A stretch of 63,714 bases of DNA, counting the filler, from Nitrospinota bacterium (GTDB lineage Bacteria; JAUXIQ01), in the NCBI GenBank assembly GCA_030620925.1. It is 11 parts of 11 records of this genome, joined end to end, with 100 filler letters (N's around TTAATTAATTAA, not from the genome) between each part and the next. Parts side by side here need not be neighbours in the genome. Positions count along the whole stretch, not along the records: positions 14,865 to 23,293 come from JAUXIQ010000067.1; positions 23,394 to 27,599 come from JAUXIQ010000243.1; positions 27,700 to 32,642 come from JAUXIQ010000189.1; 8 more parts are not named here. The stretch is one strand, 5' to 3'. The position numbers were made by a program, and so were the translations under genes. Of the stretch, positions 20,589 to 31,169 are shown one piece after another. Positions within the stretch are counted from its first letter, which is position 1. The number at the start of each line of letters is the position of its first letter. A model generated the notes under the pieces. The model was not told the DNA's origin. It did not search any database and was given only the letters and a program-made list of their open reading frames with translations.

Positions 20589-21782
20589 ATGAAGATGAGA
20601 ATAATTCTATTTACGGGCAAAGGAGGCGTGGGGAAAACCACCATCTCAGCCGCTACCGCCGTCAGGTGCGCTCAACTGGGTTACAGGACCATAGTCATCA
20701 GCACCGACATTGCCCACAGCCTGGCCGACGCTTTTGGAGAAGAGATAGGCAACGAGCCCGTTTCTCTCATGGACAACCTCTGCGCGCAGGAAATAGACGT
20801 CAACGAAGAAATCAAAGCCCACTGGGGCACCATCCAGGATTTCGTCACCAGCTTCCTCACCAAGCAGGGGTTTGACGCGATCATCGCCGAGGAGTTCTCT
20901 GTTTTTCCGGGGACAGAGGAGATGTTTTCCCTCATGAAGCTCAATAGTCATTACGAGAGCGGGAAATACGACGTGGCGATCGTAGACTGTGCACCCACGG
21001 GGGCCACTATCAGGATGCTCAGTTTTCCCGATATCCTCAAATGGTACATGGAGAAGCTGTTCAACCTGGAACGCAAGCTGGTGAGGACCCTTCGTCCCAT
21101 AGCCCAGAAGATAACCAAGATACCGCTCCCCTCGGATGATGTATACATATCCTTCGAAGAACTTTACAAAAAAGTGGGCAACATCAAGGACATCCTGATG
21201 AACCCCAAGGAAGCCAGCATAAGGTTAGTTTGCAACGCCGAGAAGATGGTCATCAAAGAGTCGCAGCGCGCTTATACCTATCTCAACCTGTTCGGATATC
21301 CGGTGGACTCGGTGGTGGTGAACCGTCTACTCCCTTCCGAGGCGCGTAAATCCTACCTGCAGCATTGGAAATCCATACAGGAAAAATACCTGAAGGAGGT
21401 GGAGGAGGCGTTCGGCCCACTGCCCATATTCCACGTAAAGTTCTTCGAGAGGGAGATATCGGGCGCTGGGGACCTTTCCCTGGTCGCTGATGATACTTAC
21501 GGGGAAAGCGATCCCGCCAAAATACTCTACCGCGGTAAACCCATGCAAATAAAGCAGAAAGGCAAGGATTACAACCTCTCGCTGAAACTCCCCTTCATGG
21601 ACAAAGAAAACCTTGATATGTGGGTGCGGGGAGACGAGTTGATCCTTCAGGTGGATAACTTCAAGCGGAACATTTTCCTCCCCAGGACTCTGGTGGACAA
21701 AAAGATAAAGAACGCCGAGTTTCTGGGAAACACGCTGCATATAACCTTTGAGGGAGAAAAAGATGGCGGAAAGAAAAAGTAA
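20589..21782 (+). CDS. ArsA/Get3 family ATPase with C-terminal HSP20-like domain
   Basis: GKGGVGKT, STDIAHSL, DCAPTG; C-terminal 'LKLPF...GDELIL...KRNIFLP'. Confidence 0.9.
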   Translation: MKMRIILFTGKGGVGKTTISAATAVRCAQLGYRTIVISTDIAHSLADAFGEEIGNEPVSLMDNLCAQEIDVNEEIKAHWGTIQDFVTSFLTKQGFDAIIAEEFSVFPGTEEMFSLMKLNSHYESGKYDVAIVDCAPTGATIRMLSFPDILKWYMEKLFNLERKLVRTLRPIAQKITKIPLPSDDVYISFEELYKKVGNIKDILMNPKEASIRLVCNAEKMVIKESQRAYTYLNLFGYPVDSVVVNRLLPSEARKSYLQHWKSIQEKYLKEVEEAFGPLPIFHVKFFEREISGAGDLSLVADDTYGESDPAKILYRGKPMQIKQKGKDYNLSLKLPFMDKENLDMWVRGDELILQVDNFKRNIFLPRTLVDKKIKNAEFLGNTLHITFEGEKDGGKKK

Positions 21783-21960
21783 AAAGAGTGTGGAGAGCGA
21801 TCTTCTCCCCGAGTTTTCAGAAGCCAAGAGCCATCTACTGAAAGCGCAGAAGGAGTTTTTACTGGCGGTACGATCCGTATTGGATAAAGCCATAGAGCGA
21901 GCCGAAGACGTTGCCAAAAAACAGAAGAGAAAGACGATCAAGAAGGTCGAGATAAAGTAG
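21763..21960 (+). CDS. Small basic helical hypothetical protein
   Basis: 65 aa, GGAG RBS, overlaps the 3' end of the ATPase gene. Confidence 0.65.
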   Translation: MAERKSKKSVESDLLPEFSEAKSHLLKAQKEFLLAVRSVLDKAIERAEDVAKKQKRKTIKKVEIK

Positions 21961-22052
21961 TATGCCCACGGCGGCTTTTTTTAACCCTCCCGGCTACCGG
22001 GAAACCCCGGCGCCGGATAACAATCACCTGATCAGAATCCGAGGAAGAGCAG

Positions 22053-23066
22053 ATGATAATAGTTCTCAAACCAAGTACCACTGACGAGGAATTAAAAGAG
22101 ATCGAGAAGAAGGTCAATGAGTGGGGGCTCAAGCTCCACGTCTCCAAAGGCACCGACAGGACTATCCTGGGCGTCATAGGCGGCGACGCCGTCATGTACC
22201 AGGACGCTTTGATAGGCTTCCCCGGGGTGGAAAAGATAATGCCCATCATGCAGCCCTTCAAGCTGGTGGGCCGCGAGATCAAACCCTTCGACACCGTGGT
22301 CAAAGTCGGCGACACGGAAATAGGGGGAAAGAAGATCAACGTCATGGCCGGGCCCTGCGCCATCGAGAATTTGGACATACTGCTGGAGATCGCCGACACG
22401 GTGAAGGAAGCGGGGGCCACCTTCCTGCGCGGCGGCGCTTTCAAGCCGAGGACATCCCCCTACAGCTTTCAGGGCCTGGAAGAAGAAGGGCTCAAATACC
22501 TTGCAGAGGCCAAGGAGCGCACCGGTCTCAACGTCATAACCGAGCTGATGGACCCCAGGGATTTGGAGCTGGTCCACCGCTACACGGATATCATTCAGAT
22601 AGGCGCCCGCAATATGCAGAACTTCAGGCTCCTCAAGGAAGTGGGAAACCAGGAAAAGCCCGTGCTGCTCAAGAGGGGCATGAGCTCCACCATAAACGAC
22701 CTCCTCATGTCCGCCGAATATATCGCCTCCAACGGGAACGAAAACATAATCCTCTGCGAACGCGGCATAAGAACCTTCGAGAACTATACCCGCAACACCC
22801 TGGACCTCAGCGCCGTACCCGCAGCGAAGGAGCTGAGCCACCTTCCCGTCGTAGTGGACCCCAGCCACGGGGTGGGCAAGTGGAGCCTGGTCATGCCCAT
22901 GGCCAAAGCCGCCCTGGCCGCCGGCGCTGACGGCCTGATGATAGAAGTTCACCCCAGGCCTCAGGAGGCCTTCTCCGACGGCCCTCAGTCTCTCAAACCC
23001 AAAGTATTCGCCCGGATGATGGAAGAACTAAAAGAGATAGCCTCGGCAGTAGGCAGAGAGCTATAG
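22053..23066 (+). CDS. aroF: DAHP synthase (type I-beta)
   Basis: [50 protein letters not shown]. Confidence 0.96.
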   Translation: MIIVLKPSTTDEELKEIEKKVNEWGLKLHVSKGTDRTILGVIGGDAVMYQDALIGFPGVEKIMPIMQPFKLVGREIKPFDTVVKVGDTEIGGKKINVMAGPCAIENLDILLEIADTVKEAGATFLRGGAFKPRTSPYSFQGLEEEGLKYLAEAKERTGLNVITELMDPRDLELVHRYTDIIQIGARNMQNFRLLKEVGNQEKPVLLKRGMSSTINDLLMSAEYIASNGNENIILCERGIRTFENYTRNTLDLSAVPAAKELSHLPVVVDPSHGVGKWSLVMPMAKAALAAGADGLMIEVHPRPQEAFSDGPQSLKPKVFARMMEELKEIASAVGREL

Positions 23067-23078
23067 GAAGACGGACCA

Positions 23079-23293
23079 ATGAATGTACACATTACTATAT
23101 ACGGAGATTACGTCTGCCCCTTCTGTTATGTCGGGGACGAAATGATCAAACAGTTGGGAGAGGAATACGATTTAACCGTCGAATGGCGGGGGTACCAGAT
23201 CCATAAAGAAGGGAAATCCTCCCGATATATGGAGCCGGGCTATGTGGACAGAAAGTGGAATATCCTCAGACAACTGGCCGCGGAAATGGAAAG
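23079..23293 (+). CDS. DsbA/FrnE family oxidoreductase, partial
   Basis: DYVCPFCYVG. Confidence 0.8.
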
Positions 23294-23398
23294 NNNNNNN
23301 NNNNNNNNNNNNNNNNNNNNNNNNNNNNNNNNNNNNNTTAATTAATTAANNNNNNNNNNNNNNNNNNNNNNNNNNNNNNNNNNNNNNNNNNNNCGCAC

Positions 23399-24271
23399 TC
23401 AAACCAGACCGTATTCCTCCATCACGCCCGTGAGGCGTTCCTTATTGGCCTCGGACATCTCGCAAAGGGGCAGGCGCAGCTCACCGCTGATTTTTCCCAT
23501 CAGGGCCAGAGCGGTCTTGACCGGGATGGGGTTGGTCTCGTAAAACATGGCCTCGACCAGGGGCAGCAGTTTATAGTGCATCTCTATGGCCCTATCATGG
23601 TTCCCCGCCAGGAACTCGTCCACCAGCGTCGCCGTGTCCCTGGGCGCTACGTTGGCCGCAACAGAGATAACCCCCTTCCCGCCGATGGACAACAGGGGCA
23701 GGGTGATGGAGTCATCACCCGAAAGCAGGGTGAAATCCCCGTGGCAGCGGGCTACTATGTGGCTCATCTGTTCCAGCGAGCCGGAGGCCTCTTTGATAGC
23801 CACGACGTTGTCCATCTCCGCCAGTCGGGCTACCGTGGCGGGCAGCATGTTAATCCCCGTGCGGCTGGGAACGTTGTAGAGGACGATGGGTACATCCACC
23901 TTCGAGGCTACTTCCGTGTAATGGCGATAGAGCCCTTCCTGGGTGGGTTTGTTGTAGTAGGGCGTGATCATCAACACCCCGTCAGCACCGGCTTTCTTGG
24001 CGTGGCGCGTGAGACGCAGCGCCTCTTCCGTGGAGTTTGAGCCGGTGCCCGCGATTACCGGCACCCGCTTGTTCACCGTTTCCAACACGATCTCCGTCAC
24101 CCGCTCATGCTCTTCGTAGGTCAGAGTAGCCGATTCTCCTGTACAGCCGCAGGGCACGATGCCGTGAGTGCCGTTCTCGATCTGGAACTCCACAAGCTCG
24201 CGCAACGCCACCTCGTCTATGAGACCGTTCCTTAACGGCGTCACTAAGGCTACGATTGATCCCTGATACAT
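23399..24271 (-). CDS. dapA: 4-hydroxy-tetrahydrodipicolinate synthase
   Basis: GCTGES, PYYNKP, LYNVPSRTG, IKEASG, ETNPIPVK. Confidence 0.96.
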   Translation of the reverse strand: MYQGSIVALVTPLRNGLIDEVALRELVEFQIENGTHGIVPCGCTGESATLTYEEHERVTEIVLETVNKRVPVIAGTGSNSTEEALRLTRHAKKAGADGVLMITPYYNKPTQEGLYRHYTEVASKVDVPIVLYNVPSRTGINMLPATVARLAEMDNVVAIKEASGSLEQMSHIVARCHGDFTLLSGDDSITLPLLSIGGKGVISVAANVAPRDTATLVDEFLAGNHDRAIEMHYKLLPLVEAMFYETNPIPVKTALALMGKISGELRLPLCEMSEANKERLTGVMEEYGLV

Positions 24272-24357
24272 TGTCCCTCACCCCCATGATTCATGATGAT
24301 GCAGGATACAGGATAAATGTTATGATCCGGCTGCGCCTGTCTATTCTGTATCCCGCT

Positions 24358-25629
24358 CTATTCGAGAAACTCCGGTATCTTCTCCCCCTTTATGAGGTCC
24401 CGGAAAGTCTCCCGCCTCCGGATGATATGATACTCATCTCCCTTGACCAGCACCTCGGCGGCGCGGGGCCGGGCGTTGTAATTGGAAGCCATGGTGAACC
24501 CGTAGGCTCCCGCGCTCATGACCGCAATCAGCGATCGGGGCTCCATCACGGGCATCTCCCTGTCCTGCGCAAAATAGTCTCCGCTCTCGCAGATTGGTCC
24601 CACCACGTCCACGGTTATCGTACCGTCACGCTCGGGCACGAGCTGCACGGGCGCTATATGGTGATGCGCCTGATAGAGCGAAGGGCGTATCAGATCGTTC
24701 ATGGCCGCGTCCACGATATAAAAATTTTTCACCGCGTTGCTCTTTATGTAAAGCAGCCGGGTGATAAGAGCCCCGCTGTTGCCCACGATGCTTCGCCCCG
24801 GCTCCACGATCAACCGGCAGCCGCTGCTTTCCAGCACCTCCCGAAGCGCACCGGCCAGCCGCTCCGGCGTTAATGCCCGCTCTTTATCGTATCTTATGCC
24901 CGGGCCGCCCCCTATATCCAGGTATTGAAGGCGCAGGCCCTCCGCCCGCAGCCTCTCCAGAAGGTCCACCAGCTTTCGCACCGAATCCCGGTAAGGGCCC
25001 ACCCTGGTTATCTGAGAGCCGATATGCTGGTGGAGCCCCACAACCTCCAGGTTGCTCATGGCGGCGGCTCTTTTATAGTAATCCAGGGCACGTTCGATGG
25101 GTATGCCGAACTTGTCCTTCTTCAAGCCGGTGGCGATGTAAGGGTGCGTGTTGGGGTTTACGTCCGGGTTAACCCTCAAAGCTATGCGGGCCTTGACCTT
25201 CATTTCACCGGCCAGGGCGTCTATACATTCCAGCTCCTGCTCTGACTCCACGTTGAACATGAGCACGCCCTCGCGGAGGGCGTAGCGTATCTCTTCGGGG
25301 GATTTGCCCGGCCCGTCGAAGACGATCTTCCCGGGTTTGACGCCTGCCTGGCGGGCCCTGTAAAGCTCGCCGCCGGAGATTACCTCCGCCCCGCACCCCA
25401 GGCTCTCCAACAGCTTCAATATCGCAATATTGGCGTTGGCCTTGACCGCGTAGCATAGCAGGAGCGGAGTGCCCCTGAAAGCGATCTTATATTCTTTAAC
25501 CGCGTCCTTAATGAACGCATGGCTGTAAACAAAAAGGGGTGTACCCGCGTCTTCGGCCATGCGTTCCACGGGAACCTTCTCACAATAGAGCTCCCCTCCC
25601 CGGTAATGAAAATTTCCGATGCTTTCCAA
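24358..25629 (-). CDS. lysA: Diaminopimelate decarboxylase
   Basis: YAVKAN, HIGSQI, EPGRS, GPICESGD, GAYG. Confidence 0.96.
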   Translation of the reverse strand: MESIGNFHYRGGELYCEKVPVERMAEDAGTPLFVYSHAFIKDAVKEYKIAFRGTPLLLCYAVKANANIAILKLLESLGCGAEVISGGELYRARQAGVKPGKIVFDGPGKSPEEIRYALREGVLMFNVESEQELECIDALAGEMKVKARIALRVNPDVNPNTHPYIATGLKKDKFGIPIERALDYYKRAAAMSNLEVVGLHQHIGSQITRVGPYRDSVRKLVDLLERLRAEGLRLQYLDIGGGPGIRYDKERALTPERLAGALREVLESSGCRLIVEPGRSIVGNSGALITRLLYIKSNAVKNFYIVDAAMNDLIRPSLYQAHHHIAPVQLVPERDGTITVDVVGPICESGDYFAQDREMPVMEPRSLIAVMSAGAYGFTMASNYNARPRAAEVLVKGDEYHIIRRRETFRDLIKGEKIPEFLE

Positions 25630-26000
25630 TATCGCCTCTCCACAACAGCGGCGCTCTCCAGTAAGCCGCTTCTCCGATCTACGCAGATAGAGAAATCAAA
25701 CCAAGTCTGGCAATTGTAGAGTAAATCCGCAATTGCGTCAACCATTTAGTCCTACCACCGGAGCGGGATTCGAACGCAATAAAGAATAGGCGTGAACAAG
25801 GTCTATAACCGTCGGCGGCTTTGAATAGACGAGTCCATACGGCTCGCCTCTGCCTGAAAACCTTCAGCCTCCAGGATGGACTGCGCGGGCATTGAATTGT
25901 CGGATTTTCGATATAAATATTACTAAATGGGCACGAATAAGGCCGATGGCTTTATCGTTTCGTATGGAGCTAAATTCCTGTTAAATGGGAGGATCATAAA

Positions 26001-26843
26001 ATGGCACAGTATGCGCATCCGGAAGTTTTGCTTACCACCGACTGGGTAGCCGAACATCTGGACGATGATGATATAAGATTGGTGGAAGTGGATGTGAACA
26101 CCACCATGTACGACAAAAGACATATACCCGGGGCCATATCTTTCAACTGGGAGACACAGCTTTGCGACCAGGTATATCGGGACATAATAGACAGGGAGCA
26201 ATTCGCGGAGTTGATGTCGCACAACGGTATCAGTAATAACACCAGGGTCGTCCTGTACGGGGACAACAACAACTGGTTCGCAGCCTACTGTTTCTGGCTC
26301 ATGGAGATGTACGGCCACGAACACCTTTATCTGATGAACGGCGGCCGCAAAAAGTGGGAGGACGAGGGGAGAATAATGACCACCGAGAAGCCCAAGATCA
26401 TTCACGCCGTCTATAAGGCCCGGAACATGGACTCCGGCATCCGCGCCGACCGGGAAATGATCTTCCAGACCGTAAAAAAGAAGAACCGTTTCCTGGTGGA
26501 CGTGCGCTCCAGGGAAGAGTACACGGGGGAAGTCATCGCTCCTCCGGGGATGACTGAGACGGCTCAACGGGGCGGACATATACCCGGGGCCATAAACGTC
26601 CCCTGGTCCATGGCGGTCAATGAAGACGGCACTTTCAAATCCAGGGACGAGCTGGTTCAGCTCTACGAAACCACCTACGGGATGAGCGCCAACAAGGAAG
26701 CCATCGCTTACTGCCGCATCGGGGAGCGCTCCTCCCACACCTGGTTCGTTCTGAAATATCTCATGGGCTATCACAAAGTGCGCAACTATGACGGCTCGTG
26801 GACCGAATGGGGAAACCTGATCAGCGCCCCTATAGAGAAATAG
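26001..26843 (+). CDS. Two-domain rhodanese sulfurtransferase (CysA/SseA type)
   Basis: HIPGA twice, active-site YCRIGERS, YDGSWTEWG. Confidence 0.95.
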   Translation: MAQYAHPEVLLTTDWVAEHLDDDDIRLVEVDVNTTMYDKRHIPGAISFNWETQLCDQVYRDIIDREQFAELMSHNGISNNTRVVLYGDNNNWFAAYCFWLMEMYGHEHLYLMNGGRKKWEDEGRIMTTEKPKIIHAVYKARNMDSGIRADREMIFQTVKKKNRFLVDVRSREEYTGEVIAPPGMTETAQRGGHIPGAINVPWSMAVNEDGTFKSRDELVQLYETTYGMSANKEAIAYCRIGERSSHTWFVLKYLMGYHKVRNYDGSWTEWGNLISAPIEK

Positions 26844-26950
26844 GGGAATCTTAAAAAAACCTGTGAGGGGGCCTTTTAAAAAACACCCCCTCACGCTCCC
26901 CCCAAAACTTTTGTGTTTGCCCGTCCGGGTTACTCTCTTCTACCCCGCCT
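26843..26950 (+). repeat. 108-bp direct repeat, copy 1 (hairpin-rich, REP/MITE-like)
   Basis: ggggaatcttaaaa...gtgagggggcctttt...ccccctcacgctcccc...ctaccccgcct; copy 2 at 27279-27386. Confidence 0.9.
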
Positions 26951-27057
26951 GGCAAGAAACCCGCGCGGGTGCCCTGCATAATACTCAAAAGTTTTGGTAG
27001 GCTGGTCAGGAGCTGCTTACCCAGCCGGCGAATGTTTATATCGAAGGGCTCTCGATT

Positions 27058-27103
27058 GTCATTCTGAACGGAGTCTCGCTTGGCGGGACGAAGTGAAGAA
27101 TCT
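27058..27103 (+). repeat. GTCATTCTGA...GAAGAATCT short palindromic element
   Basis: Same element type in reverse orientation at 56396-56433. Confidence 0.65.
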
Positions 27104-27278
27104 GGCCGGGAAATTCTTAATCACGTTTTGTTCATTACGAGATTGTTCGATAATTCGATAATTCGTTAAATCGCGCCTCTCCCTCGTGCCCCGGATTCGG
27201 TCGCCGGATACCCATCCATTTATGGGTGGGAGCATCATGACCCACGCTCTGCGTAGTGCGAACCTCCGGACTCGGCCG

Positions 27279-27386
27279 GGGGAATCTTAAAAGAAACTGT
27301 GAGGGGGCCTTTTGAAAAACACCCCCTCACGCTCCCCCCCAAACTTTTGTGTTTGCCCGTCCGGGTTACTCTCTTCTACCCCGCCT
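27279..27386 (+). repeat. 108-bp direct repeat, copy 2
   Basis: Few mismatches to 26843-26950. Confidence 0.9.
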
Positions 27387-27505
27387 TTTTGAGCCGGAAA
27401 AAAGCTGAAATATTAATTTTGACTCACGCGCCGCCCTATGCTAAAGGTAACTGAACCATAAAACTTGATGCAATCCCATAACCGTAATTCATAAGGATCG
27501 GTTTT

Positions 27506-27599
27506 ATGCGCAGCGACAAAGTAAGAGATAAACGCGCCCTGCTCTACGCACTGGGCAAGACCAGGGAAGACCTGGATAAACCTTTCATAGGAGTGGTGA
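27506..27599 (+). CDS. ilvD: Dihydroxy-acid dehydratase, N-terminal fragment
   Basis: MRSDKVRDKRALLYALGKTREDLDKPFIGVV, then contig end. Confidence 0.8.
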
Positions 27600-27699
27600 N
27601 NNNNNNNNNNNNNNNNNNNNNNNNNNNNNNNNNNNNNNNNNNNTTAATTAATTAANNNNNNNNNNNNNNNNNNNNNNNNNNNNNNNNNNNNNNNNNNNN

Positions 27700-29147
27700 C
27701 CAGAGGAGGCGAAAACCGCACCCATCTGGCCGGTCGTACGGGGGTCGTAGGGGTAGTCGAAATCCGTCGGGTCGAGCTCTAAATCCAGTCTCTTCCCATT
27801 TCGCAGAAGGGTGACGGAAGACTCTGTCGGGCGGCTGTTATTCAGCATGGTCAGTAAAGACCGCGCCTGAGGGCGGCTCTTGACCGGTAACCCGCCCAAC
27901 TTGAGTATCCGGTCACCCATTCGGACTCCCGCCCTGGCCAGCGGTGAATTTTTGATCGTGCCGATCAGGTAAGGGACGTTGACGGCCTCCGGATCCGAAT
28001 ACTCCTCGAACAGCCCGGGACGAAGTATCAACGGGCAATCGGTCTCCCCTCGGAGCTCCTGCACGGTCTCTTTGATTTCGTTCCAGACCGGCTCCTGATC
28101 GAACAGCCGTTCCTCGGAAAAGAATCTGGAGTATCCGGGCAGGCTGATCTGAATGAAGGACGGATCGCGTTGGGCGGCGAAGAGCACTGTCTCTTTCAGA
28201 TCGGCGAGCATGGTCTCCACCGAGGGAAACGGCCAGGGCACGATGACCACCGAGTAGGGAATCCACGCCGCCTTGAGTTGGGCCAGGGCGCCAATGGCTA
28301 TCTGTGGTCTGGGGTCGTTCATCAACCAGCGTCGGCGGGTCGGCGAAGCGCTGTTCAGAGAGACGTCCAGAAAGACCGGCTGCATCCCGGCCAGGGCCTT
28401 TATCATATCCGGCTCCAGCAGGGAGCCGTTGGTGGGAATGCGGATGGGCTCCGGGGTTTTATTGCGCAGGGCGGTGAGAATATCCAGAATCCGCGGGTGG
28501 AGCAACGATTCGCATGGGCTGCCCATGTCGGGAAACAGGCTCAAGCCGGAGCCCGGCACATAATGGTCGATGCGGGTTAATATCTCTCGATGTTCTTCGT
28601 CCGGATGGCGAGACGTGGGTTTGAAGGCCGGAGGGCTTCCGGAGATATAACAGAAGCGGCAGTCGAGATTGCAACGGGTGGCGGCGTGGGCCAGGATGTC
28701 GGCAGGCCACCCGCCCGGCCCCAGCCACTGGTCCAACCTTTTCAATCGAACGGCGTCCACGGAGACCGGCTGCCCCTGATGCTCCAGGTCCACAACGGCC
28801 AGTAACGATTCAATGATGCGCTGGATATATTTGATGCGCGGCTCATAGACGCTCAGCGGGTCGCTCGGCCCCGCCCTATCCAAATCCCCGGACGGATAAA
28901 GACGATGGACGGCGGATCGATCGTTGAGCAGGCTGAACCCGTCGATATTGACCTCCCGCCCATGATGCGTAGGGGTTAATATATCGAGTAGTTCGCGCAG
29001 GTGAACGAGGAGCATCTCTCTGAGGTTGATGGGGTCAGGGCTCGATTTCCGGTCGATGGGGAACCGGAATACGTATTCTTCCTCCGCCTTCGTCGTCTGT
29101 TCCCTGTTTTGCGCCGCATCAGAATATGGCCGGCGGTTCATACTCAC
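27700..29147 (-). CDS. Radical SAM protein with PDZ-like domain, partial
   Basis: CNLDCRFC, 'PTNGS', 'VSLNS', PDZ-like 'NSPLARAGVRMGDRIL'; 3' end lost. Confidence 0.75.
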
Positions 29148-30864
29148 CGAAGACCTCCCTCAACACGTCGCAGACTTCCTGCAGCGATACGTAAGCACTG
29201 GCGCACTCGATCATGTGTGGCATCAGGTTTTCATTATTGTCGCGCGCCTTTTGTTCCAGTTCGACCAGCAGTTGTTTCACCTGGGTATCGTTCCGGGTTC
29301 GCCTGACCTCTTTGAGGTTGGCGATCTGTCGATCCTCGGCCTTAGCACGCTTTTCCGGGTCGTAGGGATGGGGGACCAGGCGGGTGGTTTCCACTTCCAG
29401 CTCGTTTTCGCCCAGGAAACAGTTAACACCCACGATCTGGACGTCGCCATCGGCTATCTTTTTCTGGTGCTCGTATGCGCTTTCCGTCACGGCTTTTTGC
29501 ACGTAACCCTGTTCGATAGCCTTGACTATCCCGCCCATGTCGTCGATTTTCTTCATTTCCTTCCCGGCCGCTACCTCTATTTCGTCGGTCATCGCTTCCA
29601 TAAAATAGGAGCCGGCAAAAGGGTCGACAACGTCCAGCAGCCTGGCCTCGCAGGCCAGAATCCGGCCGGCGTCCTGGGTCAGTTGTTGGGCCTCCCGGCT
29701 CCATCCCAGGCCCATCGGTTCATCATAGGGCGGGAAAACGGCCGGTGGTCCGCCGGACAGAGCGCCGGCGATACCGCCCACAACCGACCGGGCCAGGTTG
29801 TTGAGCGGGCGCTGTTTGGCGGCGCTCGAAGCCCCCACGTGAGCGGTGATCCGCTGGCGAATGATCATGCTCCGGGGGTTCTTCGCTCCGAACTGTTCCT
29901 TGACGATGCGGGCGTACATCCGGCGGGATGCGCGTTGAAAGGCGATTTCTTTCAACAACTCCATACTGCCACCGGAGGCGTTGAAAGTGAATCGGGGGGC
30001 GAAGGAATCTATGTCCAGTCCGGCGTCGAGCCCGGTCTGCAGGTATGCACGGGCTATGGCCATACTGAACGCCAGGTCCTGCTCGCGCGTGGCGCCGGCC
30101 TCACGAATATGATACCCGCCCATGCTGGTGATGTTCATCTGCGGGATATGCTCGTGCACGAAGACCAGTATGTCGCGAAATAGCCGCATTGCCGGTTTCG
30201 GCGGAAAAATGTAGGTCCCCCGGGCGATATATTCTTTGAGGATGTCATTTTGCGGCGTCGCCTTAAGTTTGTTCAACGGTATTCCACGCTTTTCGGCAAG
30301 AGCCGCGTACATGGCGATCATAAAGATTGCCGGGGCGTTGATGGTGAAGTTGGAGGCGATGTTGTCCAGGTTCAGGTCCCCCTGGAAAGGCTCGTAGATA
30401 ATTTCAAAATCCTTCAAAGTGTCTATGGCTGCACCTACCTTGCCGATTTCACCGTACATCACAGGGTTGTCGGAGTCGTACCCGCACTGCGTAGGCAGGT
30501 CCATGGCCAGGTTCGGACCCTGCCGGATGCCGCGCTCGATGTTTTGCTTGTAGTAGTCGCGGGTGTCTTCCGAGGTTCCGTAGCCTGAGTATGTGGCCGC
30601 ACGGGTGAGGCCGGATTCGGTCGGGGCCTTGGCGGCCAGTCTCGACAGCCCGGCCATGGGATCGAAAGGGTAGACGCTGGCTGTATAAGGATATTCACCG
30701 GGGAACCCCACCTTGTCTAAAAATTTGAAGCCCTCCTGATCCAGCGGTGTGTAGAAACGGCTGGGCGCTTCCTTAAGGAAAGAGAACCGCCCCACCGCCT
30801 TGCTTAAGGTCCCTTCCTCCCACTCCTGTCTCTTTTCACGGATTTTGTCGTCTCGTTTAGTCAT
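29119..30864 (-). CDS. Acyl-CoA mutase large subunit (methylmalonyl-CoA mutase family; no B12 domain)
   Basis: GFPGEYPYT, DLPTQCGYDSD, QNDILKEYIARGTYIFPP, GYHIREAGAT, DPFAGSYFME. Confidence 0.92.
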   Translation of the reverse strand: MTKRDDKIREKRQEWEEGTLSKAVGRFSFLKEAPSRFYTPLDQEGFKFLDKVGFPGEYPYTASVYPFDPMAGLSRLAAKAPTESGLTRAATYSGYGTSEDTRDYYKQNIERGIRQGPNLAMDLPTQCGYDSDNPVMYGEIGKVGAAIDTLKDFEIIYEPFQGDLNLDNIASNFTINAPAIFMIAMYAALAEKRGIPLNKLKATPQNDILKEYIARGTYIFPPKPAMRLFRDILVFVHEHIPQMNITSMGGYHIREAGATREQDLAFSMAIARAYLQTGLDAGLDIDSFAPRFTFNASGGSMELLKEIAFQRASRRMYARIVKEQFGAKNPRSMIIRQRITAHVGASSAAKQRPLNNLARSVVGGIAGALSGGPPAVFPPYDEPMGLGWSREAQQLTQDAGRILACEARLLDVVDPFAGSYFMEAMTDEIEVAAGKEMKKIDDMGGIVKAIEQGYVQKAVTESAYEHQKKIADGDVQIVGVNCFLGENELEVETTRLVPHPYDPEKRAKAEDRQIANLKEVRRTRNDTQVKQLLVELEQKARDNNENLMPHMIECASAYVSLQEVCDVLREVFGEYEPPAIF

Positions 30865-31076
30865 GATTACCTCCCTTGAGTGTCACTCCGGCAGAGCTCA
30901 GGATTGAATCGGCCTCGCTCTGATAGACATCCCCGGAAGCACGGGTAACTGTCGTTCCCCCTGCTCTTTCCATCTCGGGATAAATAGTTCCCATTAAGAG
31001 CCAAATCGTTAACAGGATATTACTTTAATGCGCTAAGCTCAACTATTTTACATGAAGAGTTATTGATGTTCCACCG

Positions 31077-31106
31077 TTGACACACCGGCCCGCTTTCCCC
31101 TATACT
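31077..31106 (+). promoter_or_regulatory. Sigma70-like promoter for the VOC gene
   Basis: TTGACA-18 bp-TATACT. Confidence 0.5.
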
Positions 31107-31169
31107 CCTTCCCATTAAAGGGGAATTAATATTATTTCGTTTTAAACCGCGGAGAGGAAGGGGGTATTC

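Noticed and set aside
25752-25776. tRNA-3'-like fragment (minus strand GTTCGAATCCCGCTCCGGTGGTA) as a tRNA or att site
   Set aside because: Only a T-loop-like motif; no matching 5' T-stem, cloverleaf, CCA end or nearby integrase.
26843-27386. Direct repeats as a CRISPR array
   Set aside because: Only two 108-bp copies ~330 bp apart; wrong size and no cas genes.
30870-31010. Cobalamin riboswitch upstream of the mutase gene
   Set aside because: TTAATGGGAA resembles part of the motif, but the GCAACTGT/GCCACTG and B12-box elements are not visible.
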